Shown piece by piece: positions 1 to 16,440 of a stretch of DNA of 64,000 nt; the first letter of the stretch is position 1; every line of letters starts with the position of its first letter. The position numbers and the translations under genes are program-made. Location of the stretch: assembly GCF_009914755.1 (NCBI RefSeq), contig NC_060931.1; one strand, 5' to 3'. The notes under the pieces are model-generated. The model did not search any database. It saw nothing but the letters and a program-made list of their open reading frames with translations, and was not told the origin of the DNA. This DNA comes from the human T2T-CHM13v2.0 reference genome, Homo sapiens.

Positions 1-23
1 TTCTAGGAAATTAAGACAATGTA

Positions 24-311
24 GGCCTAGAGTGGTGGTTCAAAACTGTAATCCCAGCACTTAGGGAGGCTGATGCAGGAGGATTGCTTAATGCCAGGAG
101 TTGAAGACTAGCCTAGGCAACACAAGTGAGCACCCCCTGTCTCTACAAAAAATAGAAATTAGCTGGGTGTAATGGCGTGTCTGTGGTTCTAGCTCCTTGG
201 TAGGCTGAGACAGAAAGATTGTTGGAGTCCAGGAGTTTAAGGCTACAGTAAGCTATGACTGCTCCACTGCACTCTAGCCTAGGCTACAGAGCAGGACCCT
301 GTTTCTAAAAA
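24..311 (+). mobile_element. Old Alu (AluJ-like)
   Basis: Diverged Alu dimer: ctgtaatcccagcac, A-rich linker, ccactgcactctagcctagg, short A tail. Confidence 0.85.
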
Positions 312-389
312 CACAAGTGATACTGCTGTGAAGTTAGCTGTCCAGATGAATGGAGCAGAATAGAGACAATATAAATAGACTGCACATGT

Positions 390-1412
390 ATGATAACTGG
401 CTTTTGACAAAGATGCCAAGGCAGTTCTCTGGGTAAAAGGAGAATCTTCAACAAAAATGATACAGGCCAACTCATACCATATGTAGAGAATAAATTTTGA
501 TTCATTTCTTATACCATGCACAAAAATTAGCTCAAAATGTGTATCAGACCTAAATGTAAAACGTGAGTCTAAAACTTATAGAAGAAAACATAGGATGAAA
601 TATTTGACTTTCGATTTGGCAAAGATTTCTTAAGTAGGACACAGAAAACATCAACTCTAAAAGAAAAAAATCATTTGGATTTCATCAAAATGGAAAACCT
701 TGCTCTTCTAAAGACATTGTCACAAAAATGAAAGGCAAGCTACAGACTAGGAGAAAATATTTGCAAAACATATATCTGACAAAAATATTATATCCAGATT
801 ATCAAGAGCTCCTACAATCAATACTAAGAAGACTGCCCAGTTAAGAAATGGGCAAAATATTTGAACAGGTACTTTACCAAAGAAGGTGTCCACATGGCAT
901 GTAAGCATGTGAAAGATGCTCTGAACACCATTTGTCATTAGGGAACTACAGATTAAAACCAAAATGAGATACCACTATACTACTCACTATAATGTATAAA
1001 ATTAAAAAGATCGTACCAACGGTTGCTTAGATCTGTTGTACCTAGAACTCATATATATTGCCCAGGGGAATGTAAAGGGAACAACCACTTTGAAAAACAT
1101 TTGGCAGTTTGTTAAAAGGTTGAACATATTCCTACCCTATGACCCAGCAATTCCACTTCTAGATATTTAGCCAAGAGAAATGAAAGCATATGTCCACACA
1201 AAGATTTGTATGTAAATATTGAAAGAATTTATGTGTAATAGATGAAAACTAGAAACAACTCAAAGTCCATCAACAGATGAATGGAAAAACAGTCTGCTAT
1301 GTATGTGTCTATCCATTGGAATACTACTCAGGAATAAAACGATTGAACTATAAATATAACTCAGTAAGATAGGTGAGTCTTAAAATAATTCTGCCAAGAG
1401 AAAGAAGCCAGA
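390..1412 (+). mobile_element. Old L1M (L1MC/ME-like) ORF2 end and 3' region
   Basis: tttgacaaagatgccaag, gacccagcaattccacttctag, catcaacagatgaatgg motifs; interrupted by THE1. Confidence 0.75.
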
Positions 1413-3497
1413 TGATAAGGTTTGGCTGTGTCTCCACCCAAATCTCACATTGAATTGTAATCCCCATGTTTCAAGGGTGGGGTCAGGTGGAGATAATTGA
1501 ATCATGGGGGTAGTTTCCCCCATGCAGTTCTCGTGGAAGTAAGTCTCACAAGATCTGATGATTTCATAAGGGGCATTTTCCCTTTTGCTTGGCACTTCTT
1601 GCTGCCGCCATGTGAAGAAGAATGTGTTTACTTCCCCTTCTGCCATGATTGTAAGTTTCCTGAGGAATCCCCAGTCATGCTGAACTGTGAGTCAATTAAA
1701 CCTCTTTCCTTTATAAATTACCCAGTCTTGGGGATGTCTTTTATTAGTGGTGTGAGAAGGGACCAGTACAGTAAATTGGTACAGAGAGTGGAATGCTGCT
1801 GTAAAGATACCCGAAAATGTGGAAGCAGCTTTGGAACTGGGTCATGGGCAGAGGTTGGAGGGCTCAGAAGAGGACAGGAAGATGTGGGAAAGTTTGGAAC
1901 TTCCTAGAGACTTGTTGAATGGCTTTGAGCAAAATGCTGATAGTGATATGGCCAGTGAAGTCCAGGTTGAGGTGGTCTCACCTGGAGATGAGGGACTTGT
2001 TGGAACTAGAATAAACGCGACTCTTGATGTTTTAGCAAAGAGATTGGTGGCATTTTGCCCCTGTCCTAGAGATTGGTGAAACTTTGAGCTTGAGAGAGAT
2101 GATTTAGAGCATCTGGTGGAAGAAATTTCTAAGCAGCAAAGTGTTCAAGAGGTGACTTGGGTGCTTTTAAAAGCATTGTTTTATGTAATCACAAAGATAT
2201 GGTTTGGAATTGGAACTTATGTTTAAAAGGGAAGCAGAGCATAAAAGTTAGGAAAATTTGGAGCCTGATGATGTGGTAGAAAAGAAAACCCGTTTCCTGG
2301 GAGAAACTCAAGCCAGCTGCAGGAATTTGCATAAGTAACAAGTAGCTGAATGTTAATCGCTAGGACAATGGGGAAAGTATCTCCAGGGCATGTCAGAAAC
2401 CTTCGCAGCAGCCCTTCCCATCACAGGCACAGAGGCCTAGGAGGAAAAAATGGTTTCATGGGCTGGGCCCACGGTCCCCCTGCTGTGTGCAGCCTTCAGA
2501 CATGGTGCCCTGTGTCCCACCTGCTCCAGTCATGGCTAAAAGGGGCCAAGGTACAGCTCAGGCCATGGCTTTAGAGGGTGCAAGCCCCAAGCCTTGTTAG
2601 CTTCCATGTGGTTTGAGCCTGAAGGTGCACAGAAGTCAAGAATGGTGGTTTGGGAACTTCCACCTAGATTTCAGAGGATGTATGGAAATGCCTGGATGTC
2701 CAGGCAGAAGTTTTCTGCAGGGGTGGAGCCCTTATGAAGATACTCTGCTAAGACAGTGCAAAACGGAAATGAGGGGTTGGGGCTCCCACACAGAGCCCCA
2801 ACTGGTGTACTGCCTAGTAGAGCTGTGAGAAGAGGGCCACAGTCCTCCAGACCCCAGAATGGTAGATCCACTGACAGATCACACTGTGTGCCTGGAGAGG
2901 CAACAGACACTCAATGCCAGCCCATGAAAGCAGCCAGAAGCGGGGCTGTAGCCTGCAAAGCCACTGGGGCAGAGCTGCCCAAGGCTGTGGGAGCCCACTC
3001 TTGCATCAGTGTGACCTGGATGTGAGACATGGAGTCAAAGGAGATCATTTTGGAGCTTTAAGATTTGACTGCCCTGCTGGATTTTGAATTTGCATGAGGC
3101 CTGTAGCCCCTTTGTTTTGGCCAATTTCTCCCATTTGGAACAGGTGTATTTACCCAATGCCTGTACCCCATTGTATCAAGGAAGTAACTAACTTGCTGTT
3201 GATTTTACAGGCTCATAGGCAGAAGGAACTTGCCTTATTTCAGATGAGACTTTGGACTGTGGACTTTTGACTTAATGCTTAAATGAGTTAAAACTTTGGG
3301 GGACTGTTGAGAAGGCATGATTGTTTTTGAAATGTGAAGACATGAGATTTGGAAGGGGCCTGGGGTGGAATGATAATGGTTTAGCTGTGTCCCCACCCAA
3401 ATCTCACCTTGAATTTTAATAATTCCTGTGTGTCAAGGGCAGGCCCAGGTGGAGATATTTGAATTATGGGGTGGTTCCCCCATACTGTTCTCATGAC
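1413..3497 (+). mobile_element. THE1 (THE1D-like) MaLR element: 5' LTR 1413-1770, internal 1771-3370, truncated 3' LTR 3371-~3497
   Basis: tgataaggtttggctgtg LTR start repeated at 3371; attaaacctctttcctttataaattacccag; typical THE1-int sequence. Confidence 0.9.
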
Positions 3498-4032
3498 TTT
3501 AGCCCTATGCCTGCATGTATATTTAAAGTTGTCTGGTTTCATTGAACCAGCACCCTCATGGAAATAAACTAGCATGATTTTCATCAATGCTTCAGTAATC
3601 TATTCTTTATATCAGAAGGGTGAAAGTAAACATATCAAGTTTTTTTTTTTGTTTCTGGGAGGACTCATAAGATATCCCATAAGTGTGGTAATAGCAGTTT
3701 TTATTCCACCTATTTCCTTTAAATGATAGTAAAAAGCTCCATGAGTAAATATATTGTCTGATTTTCTACTCTTATGTATTGTTGATTAAGTCCTTTAAAA
3801 ACTTTATTTTTAGATTAACTTGTACAATGGACTTTTTTTTGTATACATTCTATGAATTTTAACACACCTATAGATTAGTGTAATAACCACTGCCACAGCC
3901 AGGATGCAGAACAGTTCCATAACCCTGAAAATTCCTGTGTGCCATCCCTTTGTAGTCACAGCCTCCTCCCAACCCTTAAACGCTGGCAACCACTGACCTT
4001 TTATCACTGTGTTTTGTGCTTTTAAGAATGTC

Positions 4033-7000
4033 TCACACATAGCAATATGAACCTTAAATGTAAATGGGCTAAATGCCCCAATTAAAAGACACAGACTGGC
4101 AAATTGGATAAAGAATCAAGACCCATCAGTGTGCTGTATTCAGGAGACTCATCTCACATACAAAGACACACATAGGCTCAAAATAAAGGGATGGAGGAAT
4201 ATTTACCAAGATAATGGAAAGCAAAAAAAAAAGCAGGGATTGCAATCCTAGTCTCTGATAAAACAGAATTTTAACCAACGAAGATCAAGAAAGTCTAAGA
4301 AGGGCATTACATAATGGAAAAAGGATCAACGCAACAAGAAGAGCTAACTATCCTAAATATTATATGCACCCAATACAAGAGCACCAAGATTCATAAAGCA
4401 AGATCTTAGAGACCTACAAAGAGACTTAGACTCCCACACAATAATAGTGGGAGACTTTAACACCCCACTGTCAATATTAGACAGATCAACGAGACAGAAA
4501 ATTAACAAGGATATTCAGGACTTGAACTTAGCTCTGGACCAAGTGGACCTAATAGACACCTACAGAACTCTCCACCCCAAATCAACAGCGTATACATTCT
4601 TTTCAGCACCACATAACACTTATTCAGAAATTGACCACATTATTGGAAGTAAAACACTCCTCAGCAAATGCAAAAGAATGGAAATCTTAATGGTCTCTCA
4701 GACCACAGTGCAATCAAATTAGAACTCAGGATTAAGAAACTAACTCAAAACTGCACAACTACATGGAAACTGAACAACCTGCTCCTGAATGACTACTGGG
4801 TAATTAACAAAATTAAGGCAGAAATAAATAAGTTCTTTGAAACCAATGAGAACAAAGACACAATGTACCAGAATCTCTGGGACACAGCTAAAGCAGTGTT
4901 TAGAGGGAAATTTATAGCACTAAATGCCCACAGGAGAAAGCGGGAAAGATCTAAAATCGACACCCTAACATCACAATTAAAAGAGCTACAGAAGCAAGAA
5001 CAAACAAATTCAAAAGCTAGTAGAAGACAAGAAATAATTAAGATCAGGGCAGAACTGCAGGAGCTGGAGACATGAAAAACCCTTCAAAAAATCAATGAAT
5101 CCAGGAGCTGGTTTCTTGAAAAGATTAACAAAATAGATAGACCACTAGCCAGACTAATAAAGAAGAATCAAATAGACACAATAAAAAATGATAAAGCAGA
5201 AATCACCACTGATCCCACAGAAATCCAAGCTACCATCACAGAATACAATAAACACCTCTATGCAAATCAACTAGAAAATCTAGAAGAAATGGAAAAATTC
5301 CTGGACACATACACCCTCCCAAGACTAAATCAGCAAGAAGTCGAATCCCTGAATAGACCAACAATAAGTTCTGAAATTGAGGCAGTTATTAATAGCCTAC
5401 CAACCAAAAAAAGTCCAGGACCAGACAGATACACAGGTGAATTCCACCAGAGGTACAAAGAGGAGCTAGTACCATTCTTTCTGAAACTGTTCCAAACAGT
5501 AGAAAAAGAGGGAATCCTCCCTAACTCATTTTATGAGGCCGGCATCATCCTGGTACCAAAACGTGCCAGAGACACAACAAAAAAAGAAAATTTCAGGCCA
5601 ATATCCCTGATGAACATTGATGCAAAAATCCTCAATAAAATACTGGCAAACTGAATTCAGCAGCACATCAAAAAGCTTATCCACGACAATCAAGTCAGCT
5701 TCATCCCTGGGATGCAAGGCTGGTTCAACATATGCAAATCAGTAAACATAATGCATCACATAAACAGAACCAAAAACAAAAACCACATGATTACCTCAAT
5801 AGATGCAAGAAAAAGCCTTTGATAAAATTCAACACCCTTCATGCTAAAAACTCTCAATAAACTAGGTATTGATGGAATGTATTTCAAAATAATAAAAGGT
5901 ATTCATGACACACCCACAGCTAATATCTTACTGAATGGGCAAAAACTGGAAGCATTCCCTTGAAAACTGGCACAAGACAGGGATGCCCTCTCTCACCACT
6001 CCTATTTAACATACTATTGCAAGTTCTGATCAGGGCAATCAGGCAAGAGAAAGAAAGGGTATTCAAATAGGAAGAGAGACAGTCAAAGTCTGTCTGTGTG
6101 CAGATGACATGATTGTATATTTAGAAAATCCCATCATCTCAGCCCAAAATCTCCTTAAGCTGATAAGCAACTTCAGCAAAGTCTCAGGATACAAAATCAG
6201 TGTGCAAAACTCACAAACATTCTTATACACCCGTAACAGACAAAGAGCCAAATCATGAGTGAACTCCCATTCACAATTGCTACAAAGAGAGTAAGATACT
6301 TAGGAATACAGCTAGCAAGGGATGTGAAGGACCTCTTCAAGAAGAACTACAAACCACTGCTCAAGGAAATAAGAGAGGACACAAAAAAATGGGAAAACAA
6401 ATTCCATGCTCATGGATAGGGAGAATCAGTATCATGAAAAGGGCCATACTACTCAAAGTAATATGTAGATTCAGTGCTATCCCCATCAAGCCACCATTAA
6501 CTTTCTTCACAGAATTAGAAAAAACTACTTTAAATTTCATGTGGAACCAAAAAGCCCGTATAGCCAAGACAATCCTAAGCAGAAAGAACAAAGCTGGAGG
6601 CATCATGCTACCTGACTTCAAACTATAGTACAAGGCTACAGTAACCAAAATAGCATGGTACTGGTACCAAAATAGATATATAGACCAATGGAACAAAACA
6701 GAGGCCACAGAAGTAATGCCTCAGAAGTATCTACAACCATCTGATCTTTGACAAACCTGACAGAAGCAAGCAATGGGGAAAGGATTCCCTATTTAATAAA
6801 TGGTGTTGGGAAAACTGGCTAGCCATATGCAGAAAACTGAAACTGGACCCCTTCCTTACACCGTATACAAAAGTTAACTCAAGATGCATTAAAGACTTAA
6901 GACCTAAAACCATAAAAGCCCTAGAAGAAAACCTAGGTAATACCATTTAGGACATAGGCATGGGCAAAGACTTCATGACTAAAACACCAAAAGCACTGGC

Positions 7001-8068
7001 AACAAATGCCAAAATTGACAAATGGGATCTAATTAAACTAAAGAGCTTCTGCACAGCAGAAGTGAACACATCAGAGTGAACAGGTAACCTACAGAATGGG
7101 AGAAAATTTTTGCAATCTACCCATCTGACAAAGGTCTAGTATCCATAATCTACAAAGAACTGAAACACATTTACAAAAAGAAAACAACCCCATCAAAAAG
7201 TGGGCAAAGGATATAAACCGACACTTCTCAAAAGAAGACATTTATGTGGCCAACAAGCATATGAAAAAAGCTCATCATCACTGGTCATTAGAGAAATGTA
7301 AATCAAAACCACGATGAGATACCATCTCATGCCACTTAGAATGGCACTCTTTGAAAAGTCAGGAAACAACAGATGCTGGAGAGGATGTGGAGAAATAGGA
7401 ACGCTTTACATTGTTGGTGGGAGTGTAAATTAGTTCGGCCATTATGGAAAATAGTGTAGCGATTCCTCAGGCATCTAGAACCAGAAATATCATTTGACCC
7501 AGCAATCGCATTACTGGGTATATACCCAAAGGATTATAAATCATTGTACTATAAAGACATGCACACTTAAGTTTATTGCAGCATTGTTCACAATAGCAAA
7601 GACTTGGAACCAACCCAAATACCCATCAGTGATAGACTGGATAAAGAAAATGTGGCACATATACACCATGCAATACTGTGCACCCTTAAAAAAATGATGA
7701 GTTCATATCCTTTGCAGGGACATGGGTGAAGGTGGAAGCCATCATTCTCAGCAAACTAACACAGGAACAGAAAACCAAATACCTCATGTTCTCACTCATA
7801 AGTGAACATGTTCTCACTCATAAGTTGAACAATGAGAACATATGGACACAGGGAGGGGAACATCACACAGTGGGGCCTGTTGGGGAGTGGGGGTCTAGGG
7901 GAGGGATAGCATTAGGAGAAATACCTAATGTAGATTATGGTTTGATGGGTGCAGCAAACCACCATGGCACATGTATACCTATGTAGCAAGCCTGCACGTT
8001 CTTCACGTGTATCCCAGAACTTAAAGTATATAAAAAAAAGAAAAAATAGAAAAAAATATAAATAAAAA
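4033..8068 (+). mobile_element. 5'-truncated L1PA (about L1PA7): nearly all ORF2 plus 3'UTR and poly(A); ORF2 broken
   Basis: ORF2 fragments in ORF track (GDFNTPLS, KKSPGPD, YLENP), L1PA 3'UTR, A tail. Confidence 0.93.
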
Positions 8069-9299
8069 TAATATCATATTAGTGGTATCATACAGTATAT
8101 AATTTTGTGAGTCTAGCTTCTTTCAGCATGTGAATCATCTTTTGTGATTCATTCAAGTTGTCTAATGTAGTTTTTCCCTTTTTTGTTTCTGAATAGTGCT
8201 CTGTTGTATGTACATACCAAATTTGTTTGTTCACCTGTTGCAGAACATTTGCATTGTTTCCAGTGTCTGACTATTGCAGATAAAGCTACTGTGAACATGT
8301 GTGTATAGGTTTTTATGTGAACGTAAGTTTTTGTTTCTCTATGGTAATTACCCAGGAGTGAAATTTCTGGGTCAGATTGTAATCGTATGTATTATTCTTT
8401 AAGGACCTGCCAAACTGTTTTCCAGAGTGGCTGTACTGTTTTTGATTTTCACCTGCAATTTATGAAAGTTTCAGTTCAGCATCATTGTCGGCACCTCGTA
8501 TTGTTATTATCTTCTATTTTAGCCATTCTCATAGGTGTGTGGTAGTGTTTCATTGTGGTTTTAATTTCTCTAATAGATAATGATGTTGAGCATCTTTTAG
8601 TTTGTTTATTATTGGCTTTCTGTATTTTCTTTGGTGAAGTGTCTGTCTTTTGCCTGTTTTTTAATTGGATTTTTGTTTTATTGCTGTAGAGTTTTGGGCA
8701 TTCATAAATATATTCTAGATAGAAGTCCTTTATCAGATGTCATTTGCAATGATTTTTTTCTGGCCTGTAGCTTTTCTTTTTATTTTCTTTTCAGTGTCTT
8801 TTGCAGAGAAAAGGGTTTTAATTTTGAAGTTTAATTTATTATTGTTTTCTTTTTATGTATCATGCTTTTAGTGTTGTGTATAAGAACTCTTCGCATAACC
8901 CAAAGACTTGAATATTTTTTCTTATATTTTCTTCTAAAAGCTCTATAGTTGTATGGTTTACATTTAGAGCTGAGATCTCTTTGGATGTAATTTTTGTGTA
9001 AGGTGGGAGGTTTATGTCAGGGTTCATGTTTTTGCATATGGATGTCCAATTTTACAACACCATTTTTTTAAGAGAGTGTTATTCTCTGTTGAATTGTCTT
9101 TGTATCTTTGTCAGAAATAAATCGGCCATTTTTGTGTGAGTCTGTTTGTGGACTCTTTCTGCTGTTGATCTGTGTGTCTATCCGTTTACCAACATCATAC
9201 TGTCTTGGTTACTGTATCTTTATAGTATGTCTTAAAATTGGGTAGTATGATTCTTTTTCAGATTTTAGCTATTCAGCTATCTTTCCTTTTTTGTATATA

Positions 9300-10149
<850 letters not shown>

Positions 10150-10861
10150 TGATTTTGATTGGAATTGCATTAAATCTGTAGATCAATATGGGGAGAATTG
10201 ACATCTTTACTACATTGAGCCTTTAATTTGTGAACTCCATTTATTTAAATTTTCTCTGGTTTCTTTTATCAACGTTTTGTTATTTTGGGCTTACAGATTC
10301 TATACATGTGTTGTTAGATTTATACCTAAGAATTTCATGTTTGGAAGCTATTGTGTTTTTTAAAAATTTTTGTTTTCTAGTTGGTCAAGTTCTTTTTTAC
10401 AACAGTATTTTTTTGATAGTAAAGTTAGTTTGGTACGAAAGGCTGTGTATACTTTGACCTTCCTCCTCAAAGAATTGGGCAATTTATTATGAAAGCACAT
10501 AGTGTAAAATATATAAAAGGGCAAAAAGTCAAGATCCAAGGGCTGTGCTTAAAAAGGTAATATTCAGAGTTAAACTGGAAGCATTATCAAAAGATTTTAT
10601 TTACAAGGCCATGAAGGGATTACTGTCACTTTGTCTTTAAAAAAATTTTAGAAATAGCAATAATAAAAAAGTAATAGTTTGATAGCAAAGCTCTAGAATA
10701 CTAACTAGATATTTTGGGCATATCAAAGATACTGTGGTTTTAGATCATTTTTCTTATGAGATCCAGATTAAATGAAGTGTTCTGAAGACTGCCTACAGAA
10801 AATTCAAAACAATGGACAATTCAAGTGTTGTGGGTTATTACCTTCAGTAATAAACCATATC

Positions 10862-11113
10862 TTTTTTTAAACGTTTAAATTAGGTTTGGGGGTACATATG
10901 CAGGTTTGTTATATAGATAAACTCGTGCCACAGGGGCTTGTTGTACAGATTATTTTGTCACCCAGATACTAAGCCTAGTACCCAATAGTTATTTTTTCTG
11001 CCCCTCTCCTTCCTCCTACCCTCTGCCCTTAAGTAGGCCCCGTGTCTGTTGTTCCCTTCTTTGTGTTCATGAGTTCTCAACATTTAGTGAGAACACAGAG
11101 TATTTGGTTTTCT
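10862..11113 (-). mobile_element. L1PA13-16 3' end fragment
   Basis: gggtacatatgcaggtttgttat, cccaatagttatttttt; atatctttt repeated on both sides. Confidence 0.85.
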
Positions 11114-11352
11114 ATATCTTTTAACTGAAATACATGGACTATAGTTTTATCATGACACCATTTGTATTAAGGTTCTTCACTATATTTTTAGGTTATTATG
11201 GAAATCTTAAAGGTGTTTTCTAGAAGCCAGTTTTTAAAAAGTATAACAGTTCTGTCTGATGTTACATTGAAAAAGAATTGTGTTTCTGTGTGTGTTGAGG
11301 AGTACTGCTGTGAAGAAGTTGAATATAAAGAAGAGAATGGCCCCCTTTCTTT

Positions 11353-11497
11353 GTTTATTTTTATTTATTTATTTATTTTTAAGAGATGGGGTCTCACTAT
11401 ATTGCTCAGGCTGGTCTCAAACTCCTGAGCTCAAGCGATCTTCCCACCTCGATCTCCCAAAGTGCTGGGATTACAGGCATGAACTACCACGTCTGTC
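11353..11497 (-). mobile_element. Alu monomer (FLAM_C-like)
   Basis: Single left arm with (TTTA)n tail. Confidence 0.85.
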
Positions 11498-11594
11498 CCC
11501 CTTTTATTTATTCAGAGACACATTTTCAGTGTTGCTTTCCCTAAAATGCATTTTTTCCTGCTTTATTTTTCTGTTACCATATTATACACTTATT

Positions 11595-11735
11595 TATCTT
11601 TATTATTGTCTGCTTCTACCACTCGAGTGGAAGCTTTTTGGGAGTAGCTTATCTATCTTGTTTGCCACTATATCCTCAAATGCCTAGAACTGTGCCTGGT
11701 GCAAAGTGGGCACTCAAATATTAGTTGAATGAATG
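11595..11735 (+). mobile_element. L2 3' end
   Basis: gcctagaactgtgcctgg...cactcaaatattagttgaatgaatg. Confidence 0.75.
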
Positions 11736-12305
11736 TTTAAATTTTAGCCACAGTTATATGCTGAAGTATTAGGCTTTAAAAAATAGTTCCATGTTTTTTT
11801 CCTGAGTTCATTTACTTACCTCTCATTTATGGCCCCATGTACATCATTTTATTCTTTAAAACCTTGCATGAAGATTTTATTCCGACTCTTAATATATTTC
11901 TAGGAGATGTTAGTGGTCATACTGATCACCCAGTGAACCTAACTTTGCATTTCTGGACCTTCTTAATAACGTGAGACCCAAACCTTTATGTAATTTCAGT
12001 CACTTCCCCAAACCAGGATTTTGTGAATCTCTACAATTGTTATTTTTCAAAAGTAATAGAGTCCAATCCATTATATTTTTCTCCTAACAGGATTTCCTGT
12101 CCTCTCATTTACTGTGTCTGCTAATCTTAAATCTCCAGTGGGTTTATTTACTATCTCTCTTTTCTTCCAGTTTATCAGCAGCCTTCTAGCTTTTTTCTTT
12201 ATTTACTCAGTCTTGGACCCTATCATACAATTCCCAGACTATGCCTTATATTCCCATTTACTCCTGTTCTTCTGTTTAGTCTTTTTGGAAAAAACTCAAT
12301 TTTAG

Positions 12306-12655
<350 letters not shown>

Positions 12656-12751
12656 CCATTTCTCCTTTTTAAAAAGTTTTATTTCTATGCGTCAATAACT
12701 TTTTTAAAGGCATTACATTTTATTTCTTTAACAGAGTGTGACCAAACATAT

Positions 12752-13064
12752 TTGTTTTTATTTTTTATTTTTTTATTTTTTGGAGATGGAGTTTTGCTCT
12801 GTCACCTGGGCTGGAGTGCAGTGGCACTATACAGCTCATTGCAGCCTCAATCTGTTGGGCTCAAGTGATCCTCCTGCCTTAGCCCCCTGAGTAGCTGGGA
12901 CTACAGGTTGTATCACCACTCTTGACTCATTTTTGAATTTTTTTTGTAAAGATGGGGTTTCACCATGTTGCCCAGCTTGGTCTCAAACTCCTGGGCTCAA
13001 GCAATTTGTCCACCTTTGTCTGCCAACATGGTGGGACTACAGGCATGAGCCACTGTGCCCAGCC
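12752..13064 (-). mobile_element. AluJ
   Basis: Full dimer with AluJ-type gggctcaag motifs; catatttgtt TSD. Confidence 0.9.
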
Positions 13065-13129
13065 CATATTTGTTAATTTAAGGACATTATTATGTCTATT
13101 TATAACATGGTGGTAACATCCTCCCTTGG

Positions 13130-13310
13130 TGAGAGCACATAGAACATGTTTGGAACTAACTGCTTTAGAAAGTTTTATCTCATTACACCCTCCTAACAAG
13201 CATGTGAGGGAGTACGTTATTATCCAAAGTATAGATATGAGAATTTTGTGTGTCAGAGAGGAAGTACCTGAGTGATGCCCCATTTCAGAATTTTAGTGTC
13301 TCGAGGCTCC
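13130..13310 (-). mobile_element. MIR (diverged)
   Basis: tatctcattacaccctcctaacaag...ttattatcc...tatagatatgag resembles MIR core. Confidence 0.55.
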
Positions 13311-13898
13311 ATGCAAGACCACCTTCTGCCTTCACATCACATATTATTAAGCCTGGAAGGCAGTCTTCACTGAAGCCAATGATGAACAACTGATGAAGGG
13401 AACCCAGGGCTGGGAAATAAGTTACCAGTAAATGTCATGGCATTGACCACTATGAAGTCCCTTGTATCATATTATTCCCCTTTTAGGCATCTTTAGGCTT
13501 GTCTCCTATGTGCTGTTTTTTTAAGAAGTTCTCTGCTTACAAAGTCTTGCGTGGATGTATTTAATACTTTTGTTTGGAATACAGGTACACTTTTCACACG
13601 TGATACCTGGTTTTCATGTGTAATCCAAAAATAAGAGACAATGGGAAAGTTATGTTCCATATGCTGTCCTTTCTTGAGGACCAGCTCACGTGACTTGTGA
13701 TAAGCTCTCCCACCTTCTCTGAACCTTAGCAGTGCCTCTCAGGAATATGCTAACTAAGATAAATGGAGAGAAAGGAACATGGGTAGCAGCCCCTTAAAAT
13801 CTAGAGGTTTTATGATTCTAACATCATAATGAAGCAGACTGGGGAATAGAACTCATTATTGTAGAATTGAATGTAGGAGGATTAAGAGATACAGGTTG

Positions 13899-14364
<466 letters not shown>

Positions 14365-14469
14365 TCACCTTTCAAGGTTTTTGTTTTTGTTTTTTAAGAT
14401 AGTCTATTTACCCATATTTTTATTCTTATTCTTTTTAAAATTTCTAATGTTTCAGCATTTCTCCTTTTA

Positions 14470-16221
14470 TCATTTTTATCCTAATAACTTCTTTTGGCCA
14501 TTCTTTCAAGGTAAGTCTACTGGTGACAAATTTTTAGTGTCCTTTATCTGAGAGCATCTTGATGTCACCTTTATTTCTGAAGAATATTTTCACTGGGAAT
14601 AGAATTCTGGATTGGTAGTTCTTTTTCTTTTAGCATTTGGAAAAGATTGTGCTACTTTCTTTAGGTGTCCATGGTTTCTGATGAGAAATTCACTGTCATT
14701 TGAATCATTTCCTTTATAGGTAATATTACATTTCTCTCTAACCAGTTTCAAGATTTTTGTTTTCTTTAGTTTTAAGTTTATTATGGTATGTAGTGGCATG
14801 TGTTTCTTTAAGTTTATTCTGTTTGAGGTTTTCTCAGCTTCTTCAGCCTGTGGGCTTATGTTTTTCAACAAATGTGGGAAGTTCAGCAATTATTTACTCA
14901 AATGCATTTTAGCCCCCCACCCTTTCTCCTCTTTTTCTAGGACTCTGATTATACAAATTTTCTGTCTTTTATTGTCTCACAGGTTCTTGGGGCTCTGTTT
15001 ATCAGGGTGTTTTTTTTTGTAATGATGGTTGTTCAAATGGGTTATTTTCTATTTTTTCATCTTCAGATTCATTAGTGCTTTCCTGTCATATTTATTCTAT
15101 CATTCAGTCCACCTAATGAGTTTTAACATTTTTGATTACTGTTTTTCTGTTATAAAATTTCCAATTGATTCTTTTTTATATCTTCTGTCTTCTGTTTCTT
15201 TGCTTTCTATTTTAAAAATTTAAGTGTGTTTGTAATTGCTCTATGCAGCATTTTTATGATGGCCGTTTTAAAATCCTTCTCAGATAATCACAACATCTGT
15301 TCTATTTGGTGTCCGGTGGTTGTCTTTTTCTCAGTCAAGTTGAGATTATTCTGGTTCTTGATATAAAGTGATTTTTTATTGTACCCTAAACATTTGGGTT
15401 ATTATGTTGTGAGACTATGAATCCTTTTTAATATATATATATATATATATATTTTTTGTAGGCAGCCACCCTGTTTAGGTATAGTATGCAGTTCCAGATG
15501 GGGTTAGATATGTAGTTCCCCACTGGGCTCTGCTGACATCACCCCAGCAAAAGTGGAATGCCCAGTTGTACTGCCTTACTTCTCCTTGCTGCTGACAGAT
15601 GGGAGTGTAAATTCAGCACTTTATTGAGTTCTTTTGACACCGGGAGACCAGGAGGAGCAAAGTGTTAGCTATAACTGTTTCACCACCACCTTATTCCACC
15701 TTCTTGTGCCTTGTTGCTACCTGGTGAGAGTGGAAGTTTTACTCCCCAGTGGGTCCTGCCAACACCGTGGGGAGTGGGCAATGAAAAACTGAATGCTGAC
15801 TCGTACTACTTCACACTGCTTTGTTTCACTTTTTTTGGCTGCTGGGTGGGAGTGGAAGTAAGCCCTGTTCTGAGTCCCACTGACAGTATCCCAGACTGTA
15901 GAGTGACAGCTAGTGCTGTTTCTCACTGCTGTCTTCTGCCTCTGTTGATGGGTGGAAGTAGAAGTTCAGTTCCCTGTTTGGCTTCATGGATACCATGCTA
16001 GTGGAGGAAGCAAAGGGATGACTTCCCATGACTTGTTGCTGCTGGGTAGGGCTGAAAGTCCAGCTCCTCACTCAGCACTACTAATACTACGGATGGGATA
16101 GGGGGCAGTTTTTCGTTTGGTGTGTGACTGGAATAGGGTATATTACCTATTACAGTTTTCTGTTCTGCTAGGCCACCCTCTTCCCAGTCCTGTGGCTACA
16201 GGAAGCAGGCTTTTCTTGGAG

Positions 16222-16256
<35 letters not shown>

Positions 16257-16440
16257 CTGTGTCTGTTGGCATTTCTGGGTGGCAGACTTCTCAAGGACCC
16301 CATCAGAGATATAGGGGGGCAAAAAGAAAGCCCAGGGAACTCACCATTATATTGTTCCTCAAGTGGCAAGGTCCTAGCTACTTCACCTTCTTCTTTCCAC
16401 CTTTTAGGGTTTTCCTGTGTTGTATTATAGCTAGAGTTGT
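14470..16440 (-). mobile_element. Old L1M ORF1/5' region
   Basis: Minus ORF 14590-14889 resembles L1M ORF1 (RINLKKHMPLHTII, ILKLVREK); contains (AT)n at 15431-15452. Confidence 0.7.
16226..16255. repeat. (TG)n microsatellite
   Basis: Direct read. Confidence 0.95.
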
